From contig JACPEV010000003.1 in the NCBI GenBank assembly GCA_016183325.1, positions 18,000 to 81,999 of the forward strand: 64,000 nucleotides of DNA. Direction: 5' to 3'. The stretch comes from Candidatus Curtissbacteria bacterium (lineage in GTDB: Bacteria; Patescibacteriota; Microgenomatia; Curtissbacterales; GWA2-41-24). The translations under genes were made by a program, and so were the position numbers. Each line of letters begins with the position of its first letter. Positions within the stretch are counted from its first letter, which is position 1. Under the pieces are notes generated by a model, which did no database searches, had not been told where the DNA came from, and worked only from the letters and a program-made list of their open reading frames with translations. Shown here piece by piece: positions 39,204 to 49,280 of this stretch.

Positions 39204-40250
39204 TTATTTAAGTCTTTGATATTTCACCCCATCCCAATCTAATAGTTCTTGATTAAAATCATAACTAGTAGAAATAGGTCCGCCAGACTCACTTTTTGCA
39301 TTCAATAAATTATTCTTACATGAATAAAAACCACTCTCTGAGAAATCGGAGTGATTCCACTCGAAAGTTGACTGTCCATAGTCTGAAAGAGTTGTTCCCT
39401 CTTGAAATTGTATACTCCAATAACCCATTTCAGCTCCATTTGGTCCAAGTCCAACCTCATGCTTATCTACCGAACGAAAAGTAGAATTACTAAAAAGAGT
39501 ACAAAAATCTGAATTATTTGGTCCGATCTGGGAATTTAAAAATTTAAAGGTGGAGAGGATTTGGTGAAAAACTCCAAGAATATCATTCTTTTTAAGATAA
39601 GTATCCCAATAATGAATGACGATCACTATCAGTGAGCCATCAAAATTGCCGGGTATATAGTATGTTTTTGTTATCTGCGATGTATGATTTGATTCATAAA
39701 TACAGAGTGGATGGGAGACTTGCACCATTGCCCTGACATTTCCTATTATTACTTCGTTCGGTTCATTCAAGTAATATATACCGGCTGGTCCTTGGCAGGC
39801 TATTGGCGTCTCGCTTAGGTTAATTTTCCAGAAAGAACTTTTGGGATTAAATAATTCTGCTTGCGTAATTTCCTTTTCTCCATATTTTTTTCTAAATTCT
39901 GTTGTTTCTACTGATATTTCTCCATAAACTCTGCTAGGTTGATCTATTTCATAATAAATTTCTGCATTTCGGGCTTCATTTTCGAAATCAGCATTAGTGT
40001 TACTAATGATTTTAAATTGCCAAGAATCAGGGTATTTCAGGGTAAATTTTCCCACTGTATTTGTATATGTCTTCCAATTGGCCCCGATTGAATCGGGGTT
40101 AGCTGTTTCGTCGGTTGAAGATGGGGACGGTGATGTTGTTGATTGAGGTTGTGATTGAGTTTTAGGTTTACTTTGCTGATATAGAAAGGCTCCGATTACA
40201 GAGATAGCAACTATGATTAGAATTAAAATCGGGGCAAAACCGCGGCGCAT
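39204..40250 (-). CDS. Surface protein with prepilin-like leader and PsbP-like WKTY...QILSTF domain plus an extra C-terminal domain
   Basis: MRRGFAPILIL, S/T/P linker, NWKTYTN..FTLKYP, FHQILSTFKF. Confidence 0.8.
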   Translation of the reverse strand: MRRGFAPILILIIVAISVIGAFLYQQSKPKTQSQPQSTTSPSPSSTDETANPDSIGANWKTYTNTVGKFTLKYPDSWQFKIISNTNADFENEARNAEIYYEIDQPSRVYGEISVETTEFRKKYGEKEITQAELFNPKSSFWKINLSETPIACQGPAGIYYLNEPNEVIIGNVRAMVQVSHPLCIYESNHTSQITKTYYIPGNFDGSLIVIVIHYWDTYLKKNDILGVFHQILSTFKFLNSQIGPNNSDFCTLFSNSTFRSVDKHEVGLGPNGAEMGYWSIQFQEGTTLSDYGQSTFEWNHSDFSESGFYSCKNNLLNAKSESGGPISTSYDFNQELLDWDGVKYQRLK

Positions 40251-40342
40251 AATTTTATCTTGGCAGTTTTCGGGAAACTTTACAAACTATACCCCAAATT
40301 CTTTTGGTATACTGAGAAACTATAAGTATTCACCTTTTTCCA

Positions 40343-40429
40343 ATGTCATCCTCGCGAAAGCGAGGATCCAGCTTCAATTAAATAGATTCCCGCATTCGCG
40401 GGAATGACAAGTGGGGGGCGGGAATGACA
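40343..40429. repeat. GTCAT-type palindromic element containing a dRS3-like ATTCCC-N8-GGGAAT
   Basis: ATTCCCGCATTCGCGGGAAT at 40386-40405; region flanked by 23-bp direct repeats 40299-40321 and 40461-40483. Confidence 0.75.
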
Positions 40430-40495
40430 AATTAACTAAAAACTTAAATTTGCCATCAATTTCTTTTGGTATACTGAGAAACTGACTTTCCCAAG

Positions 40496-42376
40496 ATGGA
40501 CATTTTGAAAGATTTAAATTCAGACCAGATTGCTGCAGTTAAGCAAACCGACGGCCCGGTTTTAATTTTAGCAGGTGCTGGCAGCGGAAAAACAAGAGTT
40601 TTGACATATAAGGTTGCCTATTTGATTCAAAAAGGGATCAGACCGGAAAATATCATTGCCATGACATTCACCAACAAAGCGGCCAATGAGATGAAAGAGA
40701 GGGTCTATCGTCTCCTCCACCTCCGAGGCTTCGGCCGTGAGCTCAGCCGAATCGGTGAAAGCTCCTCACACCTCGGAGGTGTTGCCGGCGGTGATTCACC
40801 ATTTGTTGGGACTTTTCATGCTTTTTGTGCAAAACTACTCCGACTTGACGGCAAATTTATTGGAATACCATCGGGCTATTTAATTTATGACGATGACGAC
40901 AGTCTGAGTTTAATTAAAAAAATTATGTCTGATAACAATATTTCGGTTAAAAATTTCAGGCCGAGTTCAATTTTGAACGCTATTTCTTCTGCAAAAAGTG
41001 AATTAATCGGGCCGACCGATTACATACAGTTTGCAAGAGGTTACTTTGCTGAAACGGTTGCCAAAGTTTATGAACCATATCAGGCGACTTTACATGAAAT
41101 AAATGCTTGCGACTTTGATGATCTTTTAATGCAGACAGTTAGACTTTTTCGAGAATATCCAAATGTCCTTGAAAAATGGGCAGTGCGATTCCAGTACGTA
41201 TTGGTTGACGAATATCAAGACGTAAATACCGCTCAATATGTTTTAACTAAACAACTTGCAAGTGTCCATGGTAATCTGACAGTGGTCGGTGATGCATCCC
41301 AGGCGATTTATTCTTTTAGAGGAGCGGATTTTAGGAATATTTTAAACTTCGAAAGAGACTTCCCTAAGGCGAAGGTTTTTAATTTGGAGCGAAATTATAG
41401 ATCAACTCAGACAATACTTTCGGCTGCAAATGTAGTGATTGCTAAAAACAGTTCACATCCGATTTTGAAACTTTGGACAAAAAACGATCAGGGTGATCTG
41501 ATTAGTACTTACAATGCCCACAATGAAGTCGATGAGGCGAATTTTATTGTTGAGATGATAGTTTCTTCGGGTAAATCGTTGTCTTGCTTCGCTGTACTTT
41601 ACCGAACTAATGCTCAATCAAGAACGATTGAGGAAGCACTCCTTCATGCCAATATTCCCTATAAACTGTACGGCGGGGTAAGTTTCTATGCCAGAAAGGA
41701 AGTCAAAGACGTCTTAGCTTACTTAAGATTGATTGCCAACCCACGCGACAACGTTTCCAAAAATCGGATTGAGAAATTGGGTAAGAAGCGGTATGAGAAA
41801 TTTGAAGAGCTGGTTAAGAGATTCCAAGGGTCGGACCCTCAAGAAAGAAAAGGTTCTAAAAAGGGTCCGACCCTAAATAGGTTGCCACCGATAGATCTTA
41901 TTGATAAAGTTTTGGCGGCAACTGATTACCTAGCACTGATCGATGATGGTTCGGAACAAGGATTATCTCGAGTTGAAAACGTAAAGGAATTACGATCTGT
42001 GGCTGCTGACTTTGAAAATTTGGCAACTTTTTTGGAAGCGGTTACTTTGATGGAGGGTAAGGTTGCCCCTGATAAATCGTATGAGGCCGAGTCTGACTCG
42101 GTGAAGTTGATGACTTTGCATGCTGCAAAGGGATTGGAGTTTGATAATGTTTTTATCATTGGTATGGAGGAAGGACTCTTTCCCCATTCGCGCAGTATGC
42201 TAGACGTGGCGCAGCTTGAGGAAGAAAGAAGATTGGCTTATGTGGGCATGACGCGGGCAAAGCAAAAATTGTACCTAACTTATGCCACAAACCGCCTTTA
42301 TTTTGGAACCCAAAGTTCCAATTTAGTTTCGCGATTTGTGGTGGATATACCGGAAGAATTAATAACCCCCATCTAG
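40496..42376 (+). CDS. pcrA: ATP-dependent DNA helicase UvrD/PcrA
   Basis: AGAGSGKT, DEYQD, VGDASQ, NYRST, HAAKGLEF, EERRLAYVGMTRA. Confidence 0.95.
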   Translation: MDILKDLNSDQIAAVKQTDGPVLILAGAGSGKTRVLTYKVAYLIQKGIRPENIIAMTFTNKAANEMKERVYRLLHLRGFGRELSRIGESSSHLGGVAGGDSPFVGTFHAFCAKLLRLDGKFIGIPSGYLIYDDDDSLSLIKKIMSDNNISVKNFRPSSILNAISSAKSELIGPTDYIQFARGYFAETVAKVYEPYQATLHEINACDFDDLLMQTVRLFREYPNVLEKWAVRFQYVLVDEYQDVNTAQYVLTKQLASVHGNLTVVGDASQAIYSFRGADFRNILNFERDFPKAKVFNLERNYRSTQTILSAANVVIAKNSSHPILKLWTKNDQGDLISTYNAHNEVDEANFIVEMIVSSGKSLSCFAVLYRTNAQSRTIEEALLHANIPYKLYGGVSFYARKEVKDVLAYLRLIANPRDNVSKNRIEKLGKKRYEKFEELVKRFQGSDPQERKGSKKGPTLNRLPPIDLIDKVLAATDYLALIDDGSEQGLSRVENVKELRSVAADFENLATFLEAVTLMEGKVAPDKSYEAESDSVKLMTLHAAKGLEFDNVFIIGMEEGLFPHSRSMLDVAQLEEERRLAYVGMTRAKQKLYLTYATNRLYFGTQSSNLVSRFVVDIPEELITPI

Positions 42377-42390
42377 TAAAATAGTTTTGA

Positions 42391-43571
42391 ATGATCTTTA
42401 AATCTATCCCCCGGCAAGTTAAAAATCTGGGACTGGTGAGTCTTTTTAATGATATCGCTTCTGAAATGCTTTATCCGGTGATGCCGATTTTTTTAACGCA
42501 AGTGTTGGCGGCTCCAGTTGCTGTGGTGGGCATTATTGAAGGCGTGGCAGAGGGATCTTCTGCAATTTTTAAGACTCTATTTGGCTTGTGGTCGGACAAA
42601 CTTGGCAAGCGGAAAATATTTGTAGTTTTTGGCTATCTTTCTTCGGCGATTGCTAAAGTTATTATTGCTTTATCGATAATTTGGCCATGGGTATTTTTGG
42701 GAAGATTTGTTGACAGATTTGGCAAGGGAGTAAGAACAGGCGCGCGAGATGCTTTGCTTTTGGAAGCGGCTGATAAGAACAATAAGGGGTTGATTTTTGG
42801 CTTTCACAGATCCATGGATAGCGCCGGCGCGGTTTTGGGACCACTGATTGGTTTTTTCCTGCTTTTAAGTTTTGAGGAAAATATCAGATTGATTTTGTAT
42901 TTAGCCGCGATTCCCTCTCTTTTTGCTTTATTCTTTTTGATTTTCATCAAAGATGCCAAAAAAAATGAGAAGAAGAATTTGAGGTTGAGTCTAACTTTTA
43001 AAAATTTACCTAGTCAATTCAAATTATTTCTCTTAACTGTCGCGATTTTTTCGCTGGGAAACAGTTCTGATGTTTTTTTGATATTGCGAGCACAAAATTT
43101 GGGTTTAACTTTGAGCTTGGTGATTCTTGCTTATGTTATTTATAACTTTGTCTACACTTTTGCTTCAACACCCGCCGGAGGTTTCTCGGACAAAATCGGG
43201 CCTAAAAAGATTTTTTGGTGGGAATTTTAATTTATATTGCAGTTTATTTGGGATTTGCATTTACCAATAGTGCCTTTTATGTTTGGCCGCTGTTTGCAAT
43301 TTATGGATTTTATATTGCGCTGACAGATGGAATTGCTAAGGCATTAGTCGGGTCGTATATTGAAAAAGAACAAGCAGGAACGGCGTATGGGGTACTGCAG
43401 ACGACGATTTCCATCTTTACACTTTTGGCATCGGTGATTGGCGGATTTTTGTGGCAGGTAATCTCACCGCAAGCGACTTTTTTATTCGCAGCTGGTTGTG
43501 CCTTGTTAGCTTTGGGATTATTTTTAGCTTATGGCAAGATTAGGGTAAAAGAGGATTTGATTGAACATTGA
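42391..43571 (+). pseudogene. MFS transporter with a frameshift in a T-run
   Basis: ORFs 42391-43230 and 43215-43571 form one MFS protein; adding one T to T6 at 43211-43216 restores KKIFLVGIL. Confidence 0.8.
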
Positions 43572-43614
43572 GATTTCGGGTTGACATACTACCTCGGGAA
43601 TCAATAATAGCTAT

Positions 43615-44199
43615 ATGAACTTAAAAATATTCGCATTCGCTGTATCGAGAAGTTTAGACTTTTACACTTGGTTCCCTATTTTACTTTTAATATCTATTTT
43701 TAATTAGGGCTTAACCGACGGGCAAATTAAGATTCTTCTTCCGCTTTTATTGTTTTTTGACGTGTTTATTCCCATTTTTCTTTTCTTTTTAATTCTAAAA
43801 AGAGGTGGCATAAGTGACATCGATGTGACTAAACGTGAGGAAAGATATAAGTTATTCGGTGGCATGACAGTGATACTAATTATCCCAACGATTTTTGCCT
43901 ATATTTTCGGTAATAATCTTTTCTTTGTGCTGCATCTAATTTCCTTAATTGCAGCGTTCACGCTGTATTTAATAACTTTACGCTTTAAGATTAGCGGTCA
44001 TCTTATCATGAATAGTGGGGGTATCTTTATTATAAATTATCTGTTTGACTGGAAACTGTTATGGCTTTTTGTAATTGTCCTTATTGTCGCCTTTGCGAGA
44101 ATTTATTTGAAGAAACATACGATTTTGGAAATTTTGACTGGTGGATTGGTAGGATTTCTCGTTCCTTACTTAGTCCTCAAATTTTTTAAGTTAATTTAA
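43615..44199 (+). pseudogene. PAP2-like membrane protein with in-frame TAG
   Basis: ATG 43615 is in frame with the 43750 ORF; TAG at 43705-43707; KISGH and ARIYLKKHT motifs; paralog of 26372-26947. Confidence 0.7.
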
Positions 44200-44259
44200 A
44201 AGCCGCGCAAAATGCGCAATTGAGAAATTTGCGCGGATAGTGTGGGCTGTGCGGATATT

Positions 44260-44580
44260 TTACAGGTGAGCAGACTTGCTGTTGGTTTGGGGAACAATGC
44301 GAATTTCCAGGCGTGCCTTTAGGGCTTTGGTGATTTTTTCAAGTGTTTTAAAAGTATAAGCCGTGTAATCGGCGGACTCCAGCCGGGCGATGTTTGATTG
44401 TTTGGTACCCACGAGTTTGGCCAATTGAGCTTGAGTTAAACCTGCTTTTTTACGCAAATCGTAAACTTGGAATGCAATATCCCAAGCCCTATCTGCCTTC
44501 TCTAAACCTTCCGCAAGGTTTGGACGTTGTTTTAATAATTTTTCTGTAAATCTATCTAAATCGTCTTTTTTTCTTTTCAT
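44260..44580 (-). CDS. Xre-HTH antitoxin (HigA-like)
   Basis: LRKKAGLTQAQLA..QSNIARLES. Confidence 0.9.
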   Translation of the reverse strand: MKRKKDDLDRFTEKLLKQRPNLAEGLEKADRAWDIAFQVYDLRKKAGLTQAQLAKLVGTKQSNIARLESADYTAYTFKTLEKITKALKARLEIRIVPQTNSKSAHL

Positions 44581-44581
44581 A

Positions 44582-44935
44582 TCAGCTTTCCTTAATTTTA
44601 ATTTCTCTTAATCTTTTTCTAGCCAATTCCAGTTCGTTACTTGGTATCTTCTGTTGCTTCTTTATAAAAACATGTAAAAGAATTATTACTCGCCCTTTTT
44701 CAAAAGTGTATAAGATCCTTAAGATATTATTTCCTGATTTGATCCTTAATTCCCATAATCCAGGTTCAACATATTTTGACAATGGCTCACGATGGTAAGC
44801 CCTCTTTCTTAATTTTTCAATACCGCTTCTGGTTTTGACGACTAAGTCTATATTGGTTTTAGCCAAATCCAGTAGAAATTCTTCGACAGGACTTTTACCA
44901 TCGACGTCTTTATAAAAATAGATTCCAAAGTCCAT
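44582..44935 (-). CDS. RelE/HigB-like toxin (Gp49/DUF891)
   Basis: SPVEEFL, GLWELRI, LLHVFIKKQQK. Confidence 0.9.
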   Translation of the reverse strand: MDFGIYFYKDVDGKSPVEEFLLDLAKTNIDLVVKTRSGIEKLRKRAYHREPLSKYVEPGLWELRIKSGNNILRILYTFEKGRVIILLHVFIKKQQKIPSNELELARKRLREIKIKES

Positions 44936-44977
44936 TTTTATTATATCAATTTTGATATAAAAATCAAGGGGCAATAA

Positions 44978-45142
44978 TTACTTTTTAGATTTCTTCTCCT
45001 TTTCGCCATAATCTCGACTACTGATTAGAATGACTAGGGGTTTACCGGAGCGGGTGATGAGAATCTTTTTGCGGCCAAAGTGAACTTCGTTGAGAATATC
45101 TGCAAAATGTTGTCTGGCGAATCTTGCAGTAACTGTTTTCAT
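44978..45142 (-). CDS. Phd/YefM-family antitoxin (orphan)
   Basis: ARQHFADIL..ILITRSGKPLVILIS. Confidence 0.8.
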   Translation of the reverse strand: MKTVTARFARQHFADILNEVHFGRKKILITRSGKPLVILISSRDYGEKEKKSKK

Positions 45143-45319
45143 TAACAGCATTGTATCTTTATGAAAAAATTGTGTCAATTGTGTACATTTGATACATTTT
45201 GTACCGATTGACAACATGGGTATTAAATGTTATTTTGTTTTTATGATGCATAATTTGTGTCTTTATTTAACTGGGGAATCTTCAAAAACTCTTTCAGATT
45301 TCTTCCAGTAAGTATTTTC

Positions 45320-45703
45320 GAAACAGGTGGAAGGTCGGGCTGAAGCCTTCTTAAATCCCGTAAGGGTAAGTAAAGTTCTGCGAGGTTGCGAAGCATTTGG
45401 GTGGGAAAGTTCTGACAAACCCAATTAACAACCAGCCTGTTTCTAAATGCAAATTTCAATATTTGTGGGTAGTGACTGAATTAAACCGCTATGCAGGGTT
45501 AAGGTGGCTTCTGGTCGGATGATGAATTCGGCAGCTGACGGCAAGTGTTGAGGCTAAACAGGAGCGCTGGGGGCCAAAAGTCCGGTTGATGTGAAAGCAA
45601 CCCTACAGCTTGGGACTGACTACTGCAGAGGCTTCCAAACTTGGGAGAGTAGGTTGAGAGGCGAGGAGAAGTCCTCAAATCAAGACAATTCTTCCCTACC
45701 CAC
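45320..45703 (+). ncRNA. Candidate structured ncRNA with a group-I-like core
   Basis: Closing helices 45320-45327/45436-45443 and 45465-45472/45696-45703; GNRA hairpin; P/Q/R/S-like motifs. Confidence 0.5.
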
Positions 45704-45720
45704 TTTGTTACAATTGAATT

Positions 45721-46506
45721 GTGAACATTAAGGTGATTTTTAATGAGTTTAAGAGCCAGGTTACATTTACTCTCTTTTTAATTTGGATTTTGGCGGTTTG
45801 GCATCTGCGGACGATCAACTCTTTTGTCTATCCCCTTTTGGCGGTTCTGACGGTTGCTGTGGCTGACTTGTTTGTAACGTGGATTCGAGATCGTAAGTTA
45901 TATTTCCCTTCCGCATCTTTGGTCACGGGCTTTTTGATTGGGTTGATTATAGCTCCAAGCGAACCATTTTGGATGATTATTCTGGCGGCAATCTTAGCTT
46001 CTCTTTCAAAACAATTTATAAATGTAGGTCTTAGGCAACATATTTTTAATCCGGCAGCATTTGGAATTATGGCAACTTCCTTGGCCTTGAATGTACCGGT
46101 CGCTTGGTGGGCTGTTGCCTGGAGTCGATGGCCTTTGATTATTTTGGTACCTCTAATGATCAGAATTTTATGGCGGATGAAACGCTTGATCTTACCAGTA
46201 ACTTTTTTAACAACTTATTTTATTTATTTATTTTTTCAATTTTCACCAAACGATGCAGTAGTGACATTGGTTGATGGAACTTTTTTGCTTTTCGCGCTAG
46301 TAATGTTGCCGGAGCCAATAACTTCCAAAACTCAAGGTTCATTAAAATACTTGTTTGGTGTAATGGTAGCCTTTTTGGCAATTTTGATTTCAAGGACGAA
46401 CTTTTTAACAGACGCTTTTTTATCTGCCCTTCTGATCTCCAATCTAATAGGATTTTTGTTACTGAGGTTTAGAAAAACTTTTAGCCAAAGCAAAAGACCC
46501 AATTAA
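45721..46506 (+). CDS. RnfD/NqrB-like membrane protein
   Basis: SASLVTGFLIG, SKQ...HIFNPAAFG, VMLPEPITS. Confidence 0.8.
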   Translation: MNIKVIFNEFKSQVTFTLFLIWILAVWHLRTINSFVYPLLAVLTVAVADLFVTWIRDRKLYFPSASLVTGFLIGLIIAPSEPFWMIILAAILASLSKQFINVGLRQHIFNPAAFGIMATSLALNVPVAWWAVAWSRWPLIILVPLMIRILWRMKRLILPVTFLTTYFIYLFFQFSPNDAVVTLVDGTFLLFALVMLPEPITSKTQGSLKYLFGVMVAFLAILISRTNFLTDAFLSALLISNLIGFLLLRFRKTFSQSKRPN

Positions 46507-47001
46507 AATTAAAACAAATCCTCCAGCTAAAAAGGCGAGAGTTGGCGAGATTGATCCAGCAGGCGCAAGTCCGGCTGCGCCGGATGTGGCAATACTTTCT
46601 GGAAGTTGGCCAATTGTAAGGGTGAAAGCAGTCGTCGTTGAGCCAGAAGTGATGGTGACGGTGTTATCACCAGAGAGATCACTTGCTGGAGTCCACGACC
46701 AGTTACCGGAGGAATCGGCTGTTGCGGCAACTGATTGACTGCCGACTGTGCCTGAAACCGCTGCACCAGCTGTGGTAATACCGGAAAAAGTTGGTCTTGC
46801 TGAAGTTACCCAAAATTGATTGGCACCTTGCACAAAGGTAACGCCACCAATTGTGGAGACTAAACCGCTGCCAGCAAAAACAGCATTTAGTAAAAGTCCC
46901 GTTCCCTGGCGGGAAGAGAAAATGGAAAATAGTAAATAGGAGGCAACAATCAAGGCTATAGTCGTTAGTCGTTGAGCATTTAGCGTCAATTGGGCAGGCA
47001 T
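46459..47001 (-). CDS. Secreted Ig-like (Big) domain protein with C-terminal TM
   Basis: RPTFSG..TADSSGNWSWTP; LAPAG followed by TM. Confidence 0.7.
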   Translation of the reverse strand: MPAQLTLNAQRLTTIALIVASYLLFSIFSSRQGTGLLLNAVFAGSGLVSTIGGVTFVQGANQFWVTSARPTFSGITTAGAAVSGTVGSQSVAATADSSGNWSWTPASDLSGDNTVTITSGSTTTAFTLTIGQLPESIATSGAAGLAPAGSISPTLAFLAGGFVLILIGSFALAKSFSKPQ

Positions 47002-47083
47002 AGATTAAGCATAACAACTTCTGGATCCAAAATGCAACGTGGACGGCTGGATAGTTGGATAGAGGGGTGGTAGGATAAGAAAA

Positions 47084-48091
47084 ATGATTGTCAGGGAGGT
47101 TTTGGATAAAGAAAAAGCCGCTTATAACAAACTTGTAAAACACGTAGTTCAATCATGGGAATGGGGAGAATTTCGTAAAAAAGTTGGTTTGGACCTGGCA
47201 AGGATCGGACACTTTGAGGACGATAAAATGCTTTCTGCTTATCAGCTAACTTTTCACTCCGTTCCTTTTCTGAAACAAACAATAGGATATTTACCTAAAG
47301 GTCCAATGGTGGATCAAAAAACGGTTGAAGCCCTTTCTGATTTGGGCGATAAAAAGAATGCCGCCTTTATAAAGATTGAGCCGAATGTGATAGCTAGTGG
47401 GCAAACAGATGGCGAACAGCTTGAAAAGCTGGGGCTGATACCTTCTGCCAAATCGTTATTTACCAGATATAACTTCTTGATCGATCTTACCAAGAGCGAG
47501 GGGGAGCTACTTTCGGCAATGCATCCCAAGACCCGTTACAATATCGGTTTGGCACAAAAAAAAGGCGTAGAGGTTTACGAAAGTGTTGATGATTCCGATT
47601 TTGAGATTTACTTAAAACTTTATTTTGAGACTACAAAAAGACAAGGCTACTTTGGTCATACACCTGACTATCACAAGCTAGTTTGGGAAACATTAAAGCC
47701 ATCTAAGATGGCTCGGTTTTTGATTGCAAAATATAAAGGCAAGCCACTTACAGCTTGGATGCTTTTTAATTTTGGGGAAACAATGTATTATCCTTATGGA
47801 GGATCTTCTAACGAACATAAGGAAGTAATGGCTTCGAACTTGGTTGCCTGGGAAGCAATAAAATTGGGCAAGAGGCTGGGATTTTCCGTTTTTGATATGT
47901 GGGGAGCTTTAGGACCGGAGGCAACCGAAGCCGACCCATGGTATGGATTCCACCGATTCAAGGCCGGCTATGGCCCTTCCCATGTTGAATATATCGGTAC
48001 TTATGACTTGATCTTAAAACCGACTTATTATAATCTTTTGAATATTGCTGACAAATTGCGCTGGACGTTCTTACGGGCAACTAGAAGATAG
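47084..48091 (+). CDS. FemABX-family peptidoglycan bridge transferase
   Basis: QSWEWGEFR, FIKIEP, KTRYNI, YPYGGS, FDMWG, RFKAGYG. Confidence 0.93.
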   Translation: MIVREVLDKEKAAYNKLVKHVVQSWEWGEFRKKVGLDLARIGHFEDDKMLSAYQLTFHSVPFLKQTIGYLPKGPMVDQKTVEALSDLGDKKNAAFIKIEPNVIASGQTDGEQLEKLGLIPSAKSLFTRYNFLIDLTKSEGELLSAMHPKTRYNIGLAQKKGVEVYESVDDSDFEIYLKLYFETTKRQGYFGHTPDYHKLVWETLKPSKMARFLIAKYKGKPLTAWMLFNFGETMYYPYGGSSNEHKEVMASNLVAWEAIKLGKRLGFSVFDMWGALGPEATEADPWYGFHRFKAGYGPSHVEYIGTYDLILKPTYYNLLNIADKLRWTFLRATRR

Positions 48092-48496
48092 CCATCACAT
48101 TTTTTGACATGTCAAATTTTGTGATGGTTTTAGTTTTTGACTTATAGTTTAATTGGCCTATTGCAGGATTTTCTCAGGTTTAGTATAATTTTAGCACTTC
48201 AATTTTCGATTTTCCCGATAAATTTGCAGCTTCTAAACATTTTAACGATTTTTTGGCACTTCCGAGCCACTTAGTATATCTAAAGATCGATAATTCTGAC
48301 AAAATTTGGCAATTTTGTTACACTTTTTGACAATTTGAGCTTTTAAAGTTGATAAACTTCGTGACTATTTTGAATATTTAATCTTTGGACAGGAAAGAAA
48401 ATGGACAAATAACCGGATGGTTTTTTGCAGGACCTATAATTGGTTTCTTCTTGTCGGACTTCGTCAGCGAGGATGACAGTTTTGGGTTATCATGAA

Positions 48497-49024
48497 ATGA
48501 TGGAGGATAACCAACCGCAAAGTTTAGAAGATTTAAACAGGTTATCTCAGCAAAAACAAGAAAAGGAGGCTTCTGTTTTTGGCTATATTATTATCAGCCT
48601 TATTATCCCCCCGTTTAGTACTGCTTGGGCCATGTATCGCGCTTGGAAAAAAGGTGTTTTATATCGATTTGTTCCGGTATTAACAATTGTCTATACGATT
48701 CTTTTTGCACTGTATAGTTGGCTTCTTTTGTCTTCTCCGGGTGCAGTTTCGAGTGTTTTAGGTAAGAATCTACTGAAACAACCAGAAGTACCCAGCGGCC
48801 AAAATACAATATTTGTGATTATGACTGTAGTTTTGACAATAGCCGGGATTGTGGGCGGTTTTTATCTTAGAAATAAAGCGCAGAAAGAAGATACGCTTCC
48901 AACTGTTATGATTTTAGCTCTAATTTTCATTTTGCTATTGCAGTTTTGGGTCGGATTTTCAGAACTTTCATTTGTGGGCTCGATAATAAATCAGTCGGTC
49001 GGGAATATTTATGAAGGTTTGTAG
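48497..49024 (+). CDS. Hypothetical membrane protein
   Basis: Four hydrophobic segments. Confidence 0.7.
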   Translation: MMEDNQPQSLEDLNRLSQQKQEKEASVFGYIIISLIIPPFSTAWAMYRAWKKGVLYRFVPVLTIVYTILFALYSWLLLSSPGAVSSVLGKNLLKQPEVPSGQNTIFVIMTVVLTIAGIVGGFYLRNKAQKEDTLPTVMILALIFILLLQFWVGFSELSFVGSIINQSVGNIYEGL

Positions 49025-49243
49025 TCAAATTTTGTAGAGCAAAATGCCGTTTTGGGATTTTTCTGGTTTTTTGGTGGGGAAAGGGATGGTTTTGTCGGTG
49101 TTGACGATGATGCGAGCTCCACGCTTGGCGTTTTGATAGACGAATTTTTCAAATCTGGGCATGGTTTTGGCGCGGCCGTAGACGAAAATGACATCGGCTT
49201 CTTTGAGATCGGCTTGCCAGAGGTCTTTGCGAATCACTATCAC
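49025..49243 (-). pseudogene. Orphan duplicate of the 3' third of the SAM methyltransferase
   Basis: 49068-49186 identical to 50041-50159; flanks diverged. Confidence 0.85.
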
Positions 49244-49280
49244 ACCTCCGAGGTGTGAAGAGCTTTCACCTATACGATAA

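Noticed and set aside
36307-40250. Diversity-generating retroelement
   Set aside because: No reverse transcriptase in the window, and differences between repeats are not adenine-specific
14035-43707. Alternative genetic code or stop-codon reassignment
   Set aside because: TAA, TAG and TGA all terminate conserved genes normally; the internal stops are isolated and of different types
45241-45459. 72-aa ORF or tmRNA tag (ends NKDTNYAS*)
   Set aside because: No tRNA-like tmRNA ends were found; the ORF is antisense to the structured RNA candidate and has no motif
45465-45703. RNase P RNA
   Set aside because: GAGGAGAAGTCC resembles GAGGAAAGUCC but lies near the 3' end, and the other conserved RNase P regions were not found
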